Of a DNA stretch of 64,000 nucleotides, positions 49,995-61,386 are shown piece by piece. The notes beneath the pieces were generated by a model. That model was given only the letters and a program-made list of their open reading frames with translations. It had not been told where the DNA came from and did not search any database. The DNA is from Deltaproteobacteria bacterium (GTDB lineage Bacteria > Desulfobacterota > Syntrophia > Syntrophales > Smithellaceae). Position numbers and translations under genes: made by a program. Each line of letters opens with the position of its first letter. Positions within the stretch are counted from its first letter, which is position 1. Location: the NCBI GenBank assembly GCA_012729055.1, contig JAAYDW010000051.1:305-64304 (forward strand), read 5' to 3'.

Positions 49995-50019
49995 GCCCGC
50001 CGGTATTGCTCCGGCGGGC
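49995..50019 (-). terminator. Terminator hairpin after the MscS gene
   Basis: GCCCGCCGG-tattgct-CCGGCGGGC. On the minus strand it is followed by the T-rich CTTTCGCGTCTTTTCTCCGTTTTC. Confidence 0.55.
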
Positions 50020-50123
50020 GGCGACGTTTTTGTCATGGGGGCGCGACTGAAATGTCGCGGAGGATAATTTTTTTCGAGGGCAACTCCGGGTCCGATCCCG
50101 GAAAAGATGAAGCGCGCTTTCTC

Positions 50124-50993
50124 TCAGGCGTCGGAAGGCGTCTTGCGGATGCGGACGTCGCGCTGCGGCAGGGGAATTTCAATGCCTTTTTCCCGGAAGC
50201 GGCGGGCGATTTCATAGTAGAGCTGGCTTTTGAGGACGCCGGGACGGTTGATGTAGTCCCGCGTCCAGACGCGCAGGTTGAATTTCATGGCGCTGTCGGA
50301 AAATTCGGAAAACAGCACGTCCGGCTTGGGATCCTTGAGGACGCCGGAATTGTTAAGGGCTATTTCCAGGAGAACCTTGCGGACGACCTCCGGATCCTCC
50401 CGGTACGCGACGCCCACCGGAAAATTGAAGCGGACGCTGCGGTCCGTGTGGCTCCAGTTGATCACGGTTCCGGAAATGAATTCCGAGTTCGGCACGATGA
50501 TGGAAATATTGTCGTTGGTGATGATCGTGGTCGCCCGCATTGAAATATCCACGACATCTCCTGCGACATCGCCCACCTCGATCCGGTCGCCCACTTTGAC
50601 GGGCCGCTCCAGGAGGATGATGAGACCGCTCACGAAATTGTTCGTGATGTTCTGCAGGCCGAAGCCGATGCCGACGCCCAGGGCGCCCAGGAGGATGGTG
50701 AGGCTGCTCAGATTGATTCCCGCGGTTTGCAGAATGACGACGAAGCCCACCACCAGAAGGAGGTACTTGACCATGGAGCCGACGGCGACGCGCACGCCCA
50801 GGTCGAGCCGGCTTTTCGCGAGCAGGCGGTACGCAATGAGTTTATTGAGCGCCGAAGCCGCGACGACCAGTACCGCGGTCGCCAGAATCAGGTAACCCAG
50901 CATCCAGAGCGTGAAGGTGGCGTCCCCCACTTTGAAAAGCGGAATGTTGAGCGAATCTAAGATATTTCTTATCCAATCGGTCATGCCGTCCAT
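50124..50993 (-). CDS. Small-conductance mechanosensitive channel (MscS family)
   Basis: 3 TM helices plus the MscS beta-domain motif (VKVGDRIEVGDVAGDVVDISMRATTI). Confidence 0.9.
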   Translation of the reverse strand: MDGMTDWIRNILDSLNIPLFKVGDATFTLWMLGYLILATAVLVVAASALNKLIAYRLLAKSRLDLGVRVAVGSMVKYLLLVVGFVVILQTAGINLSSLTILLGALGVGIGFGLQNITNNFVSGLIILLERPVKVGDRIEVGDVAGDVVDISMRATTIITNDNISIIVPNSEFISGTVINWSHTDRSVRFNFPVGVAYREDPEVVRKVLLEIALNNSGVLKDPKPDVLFSEFSDSAMKFNLRVWTRDYINRPGVLKSQLYYEIARRFREKGIEIPLPQRDVRIRKTPSDA

Positions 50994-51002
50994 ACGATCC
51001 TC

Positions 51003-52781
<1,779 letters not shown>

Positions 52782-53128
52782 ATGGCCATCCTCGCGTCGG
52801 TAGTTTCATCCGCATGGTGTCCGGCAGCCGTCCTGTGCGCCGCCATTTTCTCATCGCTTCATCCATAAAGGAATTTTACATCGCAAGCAATCTGTTTTTA
52901 TGAACAGGGAAAAACCGACCGCCGGGAAAGCGCCGGGACGAAAAATTTAATTGTTTGCAAATACAATTATTTAGAAAATATTTTCAGGCGTCATCAGCGC
53001 GGCGCAGAAATGTGCATTCGAACCGTCATCGACGCCACAACCAACGACGCCGCCGGTCGTCTCTCCCCATTCCGGAGTCTTTGGATTCCGGAACGGGGAG
53101 GATAATTTTCACCGACCGCCGGAGGCGT

Positions 53129-54553
53129 TCATGCCGCGCGCCAGACTTTGCCGCGGAACTGCCGTTCGGCCCATTCGTAGGTCGTCTCTACGGCATAAAT
53201 GGCGTCCTGGATTTTGGCGTACACAGGGAAGCCGGCCTTGCGCAGCGCGGCAAACGTGGAAATTCGGACGCGCTCGGATTCCAGATCGTCTTCCACGAAG
53301 CTCGCCAGGACGGCGATCACGGGTTTTCCGATCTGCCGGGCCATTTCGCCGATCGTATCGGCGCTGTTCTTGACGTTGAGGAAGAGTTCCGCGCGCATGA
53401 TGTATTCGACCGAAAAGTAGGGAACGATGACATCGATGGATTCGTCTTCGTCCATGGCCTTCATCGTATGCAACATGACGTTGAGGTCGAAGCCGAAGGC
53501 GCCCAGATCGACCGGATTAATCGTCGAGGTGTTGACGCCTCTGATTTTTTCGCCGATTTTCCGCTGCGCGGCCTCGCCCAAGTCAGGAAGCATCAACCCC
53601 GCCTGGACGGCCAGATCGCTGAAGAGCACCGAAATGCCGCCGCCGGCGCCGAGAAACCCCACGCGCCTTCCCCGCGGAGTCTTTTCCGCCGCGCCCATCA
53701 TCACCAGATGCATCAGCTGATCGAAGTCGTCCACCAGAAGACCGCCGTGCTGCCGGACGGCCGCCGCCCAGAGGGTATAGTTGCCGGCCATGGCTCCCGT
53801 GTGGCTGGCCGCGGCCTTCGATCCCGCTTCCGTTTTTCCGCCCTTGAGAAGAATGACGGGCTTTCTGGCCGTCGTCTTTTTCAGCGTCCGGAGAAAGGCG
53901 TCCGCGTCCTTGATGTCCTCGACGTAGCAGGCGATGAGCTTCACCTGCTCGTCGTCGGCCAGGTAGTCGAGGTAATCCTCGATCCGCAGGTCGATCTGAT
54001 TGCCGTAGGAGACGACTTTATTGATCGCGATTTTCCGCGTCGCGGCGAGTCCCAGGAAATTGGCCGTCATGCCGCCCGACTGTCCCAGAAAAGCGACGTT
54101 TCCCGTTTCGAGGGGCCCGGGGGACAGCGCGAAAGACACCTTGGATTCGGACGAGTGAATGCCGATGCAGTTGGGCCCCACGATCCGCAGCTCCCCCTTC
54201 CGGGCTTCCCGCAGCAACTCTTCTTCGAGCAGCCGGTTGCCGGTTTCTCCGAAGCCCGACGTAAAAAAATGGATAAACTTGATTCCCCGGCGGACCGCCG
54301 CCCGGACGATGTCCACGGACTGCTCGACCGGCGCGGCGACAATGGCAAAATCCACCGGTTCGGGCAGATCGCCGATGGACGGATAAACCTTGCAGCCGTC
54401 GATCTCCCCGCCTTTCGGATTGACCGGATAAATCTTCCCCGTATAACCGTTTGCCCGGATAATCTGGAAATAGGGCATTTTTCCGCCGCCCAGGTTGCCG
54501 GACGCGCCGACAACGGCTACGCTTTTCGGATAAAACAACGCATCGAGATTCAT
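53129..54553 (-). CDS. ADP-forming acyl-CoA synthetase, alpha-type subunit (CoA-binding + CoA-ligase domains)
   Basis: FYPKSVAVVGAS, KIYPVNPKGGEIDG, phosphohistidine loop AASHTGAMAG. Confidence 0.85.
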   Translation of the reverse strand: MNLDALFYPKSVAVVGASGNLGGGKMPYFQIIRANGYTGKIYPVNPKGGEIDGCKVYPSIGDLPEPVDFAIVAAPVEQSVDIVRAAVRRGIKFIHFFTSGFGETGNRLLEEELLREARKGELRIVGPNCIGIHSSESKVSFALSPGPLETGNVAFLGQSGGMTANFLGLAATRKIAINKVVSYGNQIDLRIEDYLDYLADDEQVKLIACYVEDIKDADAFLRTLKKTTARKPVILLKGGKTEAGSKAAASHTGAMAGNYTLWAAAVRQHGGLLVDDFDQLMHLVMMGAAEKTPRGRRVGFLGAGGGISVLFSDLAVQAGLMLPDLGEAAQRKIGEKIRGVNTSTINPVDLGAFGFDLNVMLHTMKAMDEDESIDVIVPYFSVEYIMRAELFLNVKNSADTIGEMARQIGKPVIAVLASFVEDDLESERVRISTFAALRKAGFPVYAKIQDAIYAVETTYEWAERQFRGKVWRAA

Positions 54554-54660
54554 CGCATTCCTCCCTTGATTCCGTCTCAGATTTCAACGCGCCGCCCGGG
54601 ACGGGCGGCGTTTGTGAACTATACAGCGTCTTTCCGGGGATGCAAGGCGAAATTTCGCGG

Positions 54661-55443
54661 CTACGGTTTGGCCTGGCCCGCGCCGGTGATGAAGATCTTC
54701 CAGAGCGTTTTAAAGGTCAGGTAGTCATGTCCGCCTTCGATCACCACCACGCGTTCGGGCGGCAGCAGTTCGGCCAGGAGCTGATGCCCCCGGGAATAGG
54801 GATCGCCGGCGCCGTACCCCAGATAAACGATTTTTTCGGGATGATCGGCCACAGACACTTTCAACCAGCGCCACAGCATCTGCTGCCAGTCCACGCCGTA
54901 GACATACTCGCCCGGCTCCCACGCGCGCGGGCCGCCCGCAGCTTCGATTTGCGCGAGAAAAAGCGGCGCGCCCAGAAACGGCGCAATGAGGTAAACGCGC
55001 GCGATGTCTTCGGGATGATCCATGTAATACAACAACGACCCCAGTCCGCCCATCGAGAAGCCGACGAGCCAGATTTCCGCATACCCTTTGGCGCGGGCCG
55101 GATCGATCACGTCTTTTTTCAGCCGGTCGATCAGGCGGCGGTCGCCGTAGTAACCGATATGGGCGTTGGGCGCGACGATGTCGCAGGACAGGCCGCAGGC
55201 CCACACGTCCGCCACAAGCCCTTCTTCCTCAAAGCTGCGATGGCTGCCGCCGATGCCGCGCAGAAAGACAATCAGCCGCGACGAGGACGGCGCGTCGGGA
55301 TTTTCGTAGGAAAGCACGTCCATGGGCCGATTGGCAAAGAGGGCGCAGCCTGACAGCAACACGCCCAGAACGACCGCCAAAAGCGCCGCCGCCGCGCGGT
55401 TTTTCCCTCGCCTTCCCCTGCCTGCGCGGCCGTCTGCGATCAC
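54661..55443 (-). CDS. Alpha/beta-hydrolase lipoprotein (esterase-like)
   Basis: Lipobox LLSGC. Nucleophile elbow GFSMGG. C-terminal GGHD. Confidence 0.75.
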   Translation of the reverse strand: MIADGRAGRGRRGKNRAAAALLAVVLGVLLSGCALFANRPMDVLSYENPDAPSSSRLIVFLRGIGGSHRSFEEEGLVADVWACGLSCDIVAPNAHIGYYGDRRLIDRLKKDVIDPARAKGYAEIWLVGFSMGGLGSLLYYMDHPEDIARVYLIAPFLGAPLFLAQIEAAGGPRAWEPGEYVYGVDWQQMLWRWLKVSVADHPEKIVYLGYGAGDPYSRGHQLLAELLPPERVVVIEGGHDYLTFKTLWKIFITGAGQAKP

Positions 55444-55479
55444 GCTTCCTCCCCTCTTCTCCGCCGGCTTCGCCGCCGG

Positions 55480-56814
55480 CTATTCCCCCGCATGCTCCCG
55501 GGCAATCCTTTTTCCCCGCTCCACGTCGACAAACAGGATGACGACGAGGGCGATGAAAAAAAAGACCGAACACACCAGCACGGCCCGCTGCAACCCCAGC
55601 AGCGTCTGCAGCAGGCCCAGGCCCATCAGACCGACGATCGCCGCAAGGCGGCTGGTAAAGCTCCACAGGCCGAAGAACTCGCCGGCCTTCGTATCCGGAG
55701 AGAAAAGCCCCACCATGGCGCGGCAGGCGGACTGCGTGGAGCCCAGGCCCAGGCCCGCAAGCGACCCGATCACCAGAAAAACATGCTCTTCCCGGAACGA
55801 TGTCCCCCAAAGACGATTGAGAAATTCCGTCACGGGGCCGACGCCGTAAATCAGCGTGACGGCGACGACCCAGATGACGAGCGTGAGAATAAACGTCTGT
55901 TTGGCTTTCCACCGGTCCTGGATGACGCCGAACAGCAACGCGCCTCCCGCCGCCGTGAACTGCGTAATAACAAACATCAGCATCTGCGTCTGCGCCGACC
56001 AGCGGACCACCTGGTCGCCGTAAATGAAGGCAAAGGAGATCACGATGGACAAGCCCGCGTAGGCAAAGAAAAACGATCCCAGGAGGATCATCAGATCCCG
56101 GTACTCCCGAATGTCCGAAAAGGTCCGGCGAAGCCTTTTGAAGCCGATCGTGAAATAATTTTCGCCCGGCGGCAGCGGTCGGGCCGCCGCCCGCTCTTTC
56201 ACCCACAGAAAGGTCGGTATCGCGGCGACGAGGAAAAACGCTCCCGTCACCGGTCCCACCCAGCGCAGCCGGGGAAAGTTCTCCAGCGTATAAACGCCCG
56301 CGCCCAATCCGAACATGACGAGCGCCGTCGACAGCAGGCCGCCGAAGTAGCCCAGCCCCCAGGCCCAGCCGGAGATCTTCCCCAGATCTTCGGGCGGTCC
56401 GAGACCCGGCAGAAAACTGGAGACAAACGATTCGCTGTAGGAAAATCCGATGTTGGACAGGATGATGAACAGCATGCCCAGCAGGATGCCGCCGGGCCGG
56501 ACAAAGTAAAGCGCGGCGGTGGCGACGACCGTCAGAAGGCAGCTTGCGAAAAGAAATTTTTTCTTTGCTCCCGTATAATCCATGATCGCGCCGAGGACGG
56601 GCGCCGTGAGGAGCACCAGGAGATAGCTGACGGAGAGAGAAACGCTCCACAGCAGATTGCCCAGGCGGAATTCGGGACCGTCGGCCACGATGAGCCGCGG
56701 AAAGATGACGCAGAAGACCACGGTGATGATGACGGTCGTGTAGGATGAATTGGCAAAGTCGAACATGGCCCATCCGAACAATTCTTTGCGTGGGGCTCTG
56801 GGCGTTTCCGTCAT
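55480..56814 (-). CDS. MFS transporter (UMF1/Atg22-like)
   Basis: Start at the internal ATG (MTETPRAPRKELFGWAMFDFANSSY), typical of the UMF1 family. 12 TM helices. Confidence 0.85.
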   Translation of the reverse strand: MTETPRAPRKELFGWAMFDFANSSYTTVIITVVFCVIFPRLIVADGPEFRLGNLLWSVSLSVSYLLVLLTAPVLGAIMDYTGAKKKFLFASCLLTVVATAALYFVRPGGILLGMLFIILSNIGFSYSESFVSSFLPGLGPPEDLGKISGWAWGLGYFGGLLSTALVMFGLGAGVYTLENFPRLRWVGPVTGAFFLVAAIPTFLWVKERAAARPLPPGENYFTIGFKRLRRTFSDIREYRDLMILLGSFFFAYAGLSIVISFAFIYGDQVVRWSAQTQMLMFVITQFTAAGGALLFGVIQDRWKAKQTFILTLVIWVVAVTLIYGVGPVTEFLNRLWGTSFREEHVFLVIGSLAGLGLGSTQSACRAMVGLFSPDTKAGEFFGLWSFTSRLAAIVGLMGLGLLQTLLGLQRAVLVCSVFFFIALVVILFVDVERGKRIAREHAGE

Positions 56815-56871
56815 GGATGTGGATGTCCTTCCCGCCGGGAACAGGCGTCGATCACGTTTTTTTTCGGGCGC

Positions 56872-56899
56872 ATTATACTCCGGCCGCCGGATATTGCAA
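56872..56899 (-). promoter_or_regulatory. Sigma-70-like promoter for the UMF1-type MFS gene
   Basis: The minus strand reads TTGCAA-N16-TATAAT, about 55 nt upstream of the ATG at 56814. Confidence 0.45.
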
Positions 56900-56925
56900 A
56901 GACGATCTTCCGCCGGCGGGCGGTA

Positions 56926-56954
56926 TTGACAGATGTCCGGGAAAAGCCTAGAGT
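56926..56954 (+). promoter_or_regulatory. Sigma-70-like promoter for the second MFS gene
   Basis: TTGACA-N17-TAGAGT, about 100 nt upstream of the ATG at 57053. Confidence 0.45.
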
Positions 56955-57052
56955 CCGCGCATGAAAATTGTTTATTGCCCATTTGGCCGGCGGCGGCCGG
57001 CGTCCGTCTTCGGGCGGAGGAAAAGCGCCGGTTCGCACAAAAGGAAAGCGCC

Positions 57053-58264
57053 ATGACCGGAGAAAAACTGTGGACCGGGCCTTTTGTCATGGTGAGCGCG
57101 ATCAATTTCCTGGTCTTCCTGACGCATTTTCTGCTCATGGTCACGATCGCCTCTTACGCCGTCATGCAGTTCGGCGCCGCCACCGACACGGCGGGACTCG
57201 TGGCGGGCATTTTCATCATCGGCGCGTTAATGGGCCGGCTGGGAACCGGCCGCTTCATCGAAGACGCGGGAAGCAAAAGGGTCCTTATCGTAAGCACCGG
57301 CTTTTTTATCGTCACGTCGGCCCTGTATTTCGCCGCGTTCAACCTGACGGGACTGATCGTCATCCGCTTCGTCCACGGCATCGCCTTCGGCGCGGCCAGC
57401 ACTGCGACGGGCACCATCGTCGCCCAGATCATTCCCGCCGGCCGGCGCGGCGAAGGCATCGGCTATTACAGCATCGGCGCCATTCTGGCGGTGGCCCTGG
57501 GGCCTTTTGTCGGCGTCCTTTTAATTTCCCAGGCGGATCCCCGGATGATTTTTCTGGTCACATCGGCTCTGGCGGCAAGCAGCTTCGCCCTGTCCTTCGG
57601 CATCGGCCGATCCGCCTTCGGCCCGGCCGAACCGGAAACGGCCCAAGCCGGCGCAGGCTTGCGGCTTTCGGGTTTCTTCGAATTCAAGGCCATTCCGATT
57701 TCGATCATCATTTTGGTCATCGGCTTCAGCTACAGCGGCCTTCTGACCTTCATCTCCCTGTACGCGAAGGAAATCCATCTCGAGCAAGCCGCCGGCTTTT
57801 ACTTTCTGGTCTACGCGGTGACGGTCCTGATCTCCCGGCCGTTTATCGGGCGCCTGTATGACGTCCGGGGCGCCAATTTTGTCGTCTATCCCTGCCTGAT
57901 CGTTTTCGCCGCCGGCATGCTGCTCTTCAGCCGGGCCGCCGATTCCGTTACCCTGCTCGTGTCGGGAGCGCTGATCGCCCTGGGATACGGCAACTTCATC
58001 TCCTCGGCGCAGGCGATCGCCATCCGGGGCGTCAAGCCCCGCCGCCTGGGCCTGGCGACGTCCACCTTTTTTATGTTTGTGGATCTGGGCTTCGGAGCGG
58101 GACCCTACCTGCAGGGTCTTCTCATCCCGTACACAAACTATCGCGGCCTTTACGGCATCATGACCGGAGTCATCCTGGCCGCAATTCCGCTTTACTATAT
58201 CCTGTATGGAAAAAAGGCGTCGGCCGAACTGCGGCCCGCGCGGATCGATACAGAAAAAAACTGA
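57053..58264 (+). CDS. MFS transporter (12 TM)
   Basis: Start at the internal ATG (MTGEKLWTGPFVMV). MFS loop motif GRLGTGRFIEDAGSKR. Confidence 0.88.
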   Translation: MTGEKLWTGPFVMVSAINFLVFLTHFLLMVTIASYAVMQFGAATDTAGLVAGIFIIGALMGRLGTGRFIEDAGSKRVLIVSTGFFIVTSALYFAAFNLTGLIVIRFVHGIAFGAASTATGTIVAQIIPAGRRGEGIGYYSIGAILAVALGPFVGVLLISQADPRMIFLVTSALAASSFALSFGIGRSAFGPAEPETAQAGAGLRLSGFFEFKAIPISIIILVIGFSYSGLLTFISLYAKEIHLEQAAGFYFLVYAVTVLISRPFIGRLYDVRGANFVVYPCLIVFAAGMLLFSRAADSVTLLVSGALIALGYGNFISSAQAIAIRGVKPRRLGLATSTFFMFVDLGFGAGPYLQGLLIPYTNYRGLYGIMTGVILAAIPLYYILYGKKASAELRPARIDTEKN

Positions 58265-58279
58265 AGGAGGATTGAAAGA

Positions 58280-58912
58280 ATGAAAAATGCTTCGCCGTTT
58301 GTCGTGACCGTCAGCCGCGAGCTCGGTTGCGGCGGCGCCTACGTGGGGCAGCAGCTCGCCCGGCGCCTGAATATCTTTTACGCCGACCGGGAAATCATCG
58401 ACGAAGCCGCCCGACGCTTCTCCGTACTGGAAGAAGATTTGAAATTCCGCGAAGAAAAAAAGCTTTCCTTCTGGCAATCGTTCATCCGTTCGTACGCGAC
58501 GACACCGGATGCCTATGTTCCGCCGCGCATTCTGCCTCCCTCGGACCGGGAGCTGTTTCAGGCCGAAAGCGACATTATTTTACGCATCGCCGGCGAGCGG
58601 CCGGCGGTCATCATCGGCCGCTGCGGCGACTACATCCTGCGCGACCATTCGAATCATGTCAGCGTTTTTCTCCATGCCGACGCGGCCTTTCGCCGCGGCC
58701 GCATCGAGCGGCTCTACGGCGTCACTCCGGAGGAGGCCGAAAAAATGATCGTCCGGAGCGACCGGGAAAGAACGCTTTACCACCGCACGGCGACCGGCCT
58801 GGAATGGACCGATGTGCGGCGCTACGACATCGGCCTGTCCACCAGCAAAACGGGCGTGGACAGGACGGTCGACATTCTGTTGAACTACATCCGGGACCTG
58901 GAACGGCAATGA
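58280..58912 (+). CDS. Cytidylate-kinase-like family protein (second copy in the window)
   Basis: RBS AAGGAGG. VVTVSRELGCGGAYVG, VIIGRCGDYIL, FLHAD, YDIGLSTS. Same family as 41683-42489. Confidence 0.8.
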   Translation: MKNASPFVVTVSRELGCGGAYVGQQLARRLNIFYADREIIDEAARRFSVLEEDLKFREEKKLSFWQSFIRSYATTPDAYVPPRILPPSDRELFQAESDIILRIAGERPAVIIGRCGDYILRDHSNHVSVFLHADAAFRRGRIERLYGVTPEEAEKMIVRSDRERTLYHRTATGLEWTDVRRYDIGLSTSKTGVDRTVDILLNYIRDLERQ

Positions 58913-59079
58913 GACGCGGCCGCACAGAAAAATTCTTGCCGGATCCGGCTCCTTTGTGTTTAACTTCCGACCATGGGTAAGAAAACATTCGTTGATGGCC
59001 GACGGCGCCGCACCGCAACCGCGCAACGGGGAACGCCTCCAAAACCATTCGGAGCCGGCAAAGCATCGGGGAGGCCCCG

Positions 59080-61386
59080 TTGATTCGCCGTCATCCCGTT
59101 TTATTTTTCTTTTTGTGCCTGGCCGTTCTGTGCGCCGCCGTCGTAAGCTTGCGCCTGGGCTTTCGCTACGTCGAAGTGGGCCGGGGCATCGCCGGGAGCG
59201 ACGGCAGCCGGCCCACGATCTTTTACGGACGGCCGCTGGAAATCCGCCGCGGCGACTCCCCGGACAATCTGCGCCTGGGCGAGCGGCTGCACCGTCTGGC
59301 CTACCGACGGGTAACCGGAAAACCGTCCGCTCCCGGAACCTATGTCCGCGACAAGGGGCATATCCGGATTGTCCCGCGCCGCCGGGAGGACGGAAGGACG
59401 GCGGCGCCGGTGGAAATCGCCCTCGCGGACGGCCGGGCGGCTTCCTTCACGGTGAACGGCAAAACGCAGGACGTCGTGCGCCTGGAGGCGGAGGAAATCG
59501 GCCGCCTCCTGAATCCGAAGCTGGAATCCCGGCACCAGGTATCGCTCGGCACGGTCTCCCCGCACCTGCAAAACGCAGTCATCGCCTGTGAAGACAAACG
59601 CTTTTATTCCCACCCGGGCATCGACCTCCTCGCTGTCGGCCGCGCGCTCCTGGTCAATCTCCGGGAGGGCCGCTTTGCGCAGGGCGGCTCCACCATCACG
59701 CAGCAGGTCGCCAAGAACTTTTTTCTCTCGCCGCGCAAAACCGTCGCGCGCAAGCTCAACGAAGCGGAGCTCGCGCTGGCGCTGGAGCTGCGCTACTCCA
59801 AGAAGCAGATTCTGGAGATGTACCTCAACAAAATTTACCTGGGGCAGACGGGCGTCGAACGGATTTACGGCGTCGAGGACGCGGCGGACGCTTATTTCTC
59901 CAAACGCGCGGCCGATCTGACGCTGCCGGAGGCGGCGCTTTTGGCCGGGATCATCCAGGCGCCGAACCGCTACCTCCTGTTTCGAAATACGGAGGCGGCC
60001 AAAGCGCGCCGCAATCGCGTCCTGGCGCGGATGAGGGATCTGGACATGATTTCGGAAGAAGCGTTTGCACAGGCGTCCGGGGCGCCGGTGACGCTGCGCT
60101 CGGGCGAGGCGCCCGTCCACCTTTCGTCCTACTTTATCGATTACATCCAGCGGATCACCAAAGACGAGATGGGCAACGAGCGGCTCTACCACACGGGATA
60201 CCGCTACTACACCACCCTCGATCCCGTCATTCAGCAGGCGGCTGAAGAAGCGGTCACCCGGGGCCTGGAAACGATCGAAACGAAGGCCCGCCGCGCCCGC
60301 GAACCTCTCCAGGCCGCGCTCGTCGCGGTGGATCCGAAGACGGGAGAGCTCGTCGCCATGGTCGGCGGTCGCAATTACGCGCAAACCCGCTTCAACCGGG
60401 CTCTGGACGCCCGCCGCCAGCCGGGCAGCGCCTTTAAGCCGTTCGTACTCGCCGCGGTCCTGTCTTCATCGCTTGCGGGAAAATCACAGCTCACGCTGTC
60501 GAGCCTGGTGTCCGGCGGGCCTATCACCCTGGACACGCCGGAAGGCCCCTGGACGCCGTCCAATTACGAGGACAAAACCTACGGCGATCTTCCCCTTCGA
60601 AAAGTCTTCGAGGAATCCGTCAACACCGCCACCGTGCGGCTGGCCTCCGACATCGGCTTTCAGGACGTGCTCGATACCGCGCGGCGGGCGGGCATCAAAA
60701 GCCCGCTCAGACCCGTCGGATCTCTGGCGCTGGGAAGCTTTGAGGTTTCACCGCTGGAGCTCGCCTATGCATACGCCACCCTGGCTTCCGGAGGCATCCG
60801 CTTTGAACCGTTTCCCCTGTATTCGGTCACTGCGGCGGACGGAGAACCGCTCCTGACCCGCACGGTTCGTCAGCACAAGGCGTTTGATCCGCGGGTGGCC
60901 TACCTGGCCGGTTATGCGCTCCAGGGCGTGCTGGAACGCGGCACGGCCGGCGAGGCCCGGGCGCTGGGCATCACCTTTCCCGCGGCGGGCAAGACCGGAA
61001 CCACCAACGGCAACCGCGATTCGTGGTTCGTATGCTACACGCCGGACATTGTCTGCGCCGTCTGGGTGGGATATGACGCCGGCGCGGACACGGGGCTCAC
61101 CGGCGCTGCCGGCGCGCTGCGCATCAGCGCGCGGTTTCTGCGGGCTCTCTATCCGCACGCCGGTCCTTCTCCCGTGGCAGTGCCGGAAGGCATTGAAACG
61201 GCCGTCATCGATCCCGACACCGGCTACCTCGCCACGACGGCGTGTCCGAAAACCTTTTCGGAAGCCTACCTGCTCGGCACGGCTCCCACCGAAACCTGCC
61301 CCGCGCATCCGGTTTCTCCCGTGATGGACGCCATCCGTGACACGGCGCGCGAAGCGGGCAGTTTTTTCCGCCGGCTGTTCGAATAA
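59080..61386 (+). CDS. mrcA: Class A penicillin-binding protein (PBP1A-type glycosyltransferase/transpeptidase)
   Basis: TTG start with a GGGGAGG RBS. GT51 EDKRFYSHPGID and GGSTITQQVAKN. TPase SAFKPF, SVN, KTGTT. Confidence 0.92.
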   Translation: MIRRHPVLFFFLCLAVLCAAVVSLRLGFRYVEVGRGIAGSDGSRPTIFYGRPLEIRRGDSPDNLRLGERLHRLAYRRVTGKPSAPGTYVRDKGHIRIVPRRREDGRTAAPVEIALADGRAASFTVNGKTQDVVRLEAEEIGRLLNPKLESRHQVSLGTVSPHLQNAVIACEDKRFYSHPGIDLLAVGRALLVNLREGRFAQGGSTITQQVAKNFFLSPRKTVARKLNEAELALALELRYSKKQILEMYLNKIYLGQTGVERIYGVEDAADAYFSKRAADLTLPEAALLAGIIQAPNRYLLFRNTEAAKARRNRVLARMRDLDMISEEAFAQASGAPVTLRSGEAPVHLSSYFIDYIQRITKDEMGNERLYHTGYRYYTTLDPVIQQAAEEAVTRGLETIETKARRAREPLQAALVAVDPKTGELVAMVGGRNYAQTRFNRALDARRQPGSAFKPFVLAAVLSSSLAGKSQLTLSSLVSGGPITLDTPEGPWTPSNYEDKTYGDLPLRKVFEESVNTATVRLASDIGFQDVLDTARRAGIKSPLRPVGSLALGSFEVSPLELAYAYATLASGGIRFEPFPLYSVTAADGEPLLTRTVRQHKAFDPRVAYLAGYALQGVLERGTAGEARALGITFPAAGKTGTTNGNRDSWFVCYTPDIVCAVWVGYDAGADTGLTGAAGALRISARFLRALYPHAGPSPVAVPEGIETAVIDPDTGYLATTACPKTFSEAYLLGTAPTETCPAHPVSPVMDAIRDTAREAGSFFRRLFE

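Noticed and set aside
55229-56773. 514-aa same-strand alternative-frame ORF overlapping the UMF1-type MFS gene.
   Set aside because: The translation is Arg/Gly/Pro-rich and non-membrane-like. The other frame gives a coherent 12-TM MFS protein.
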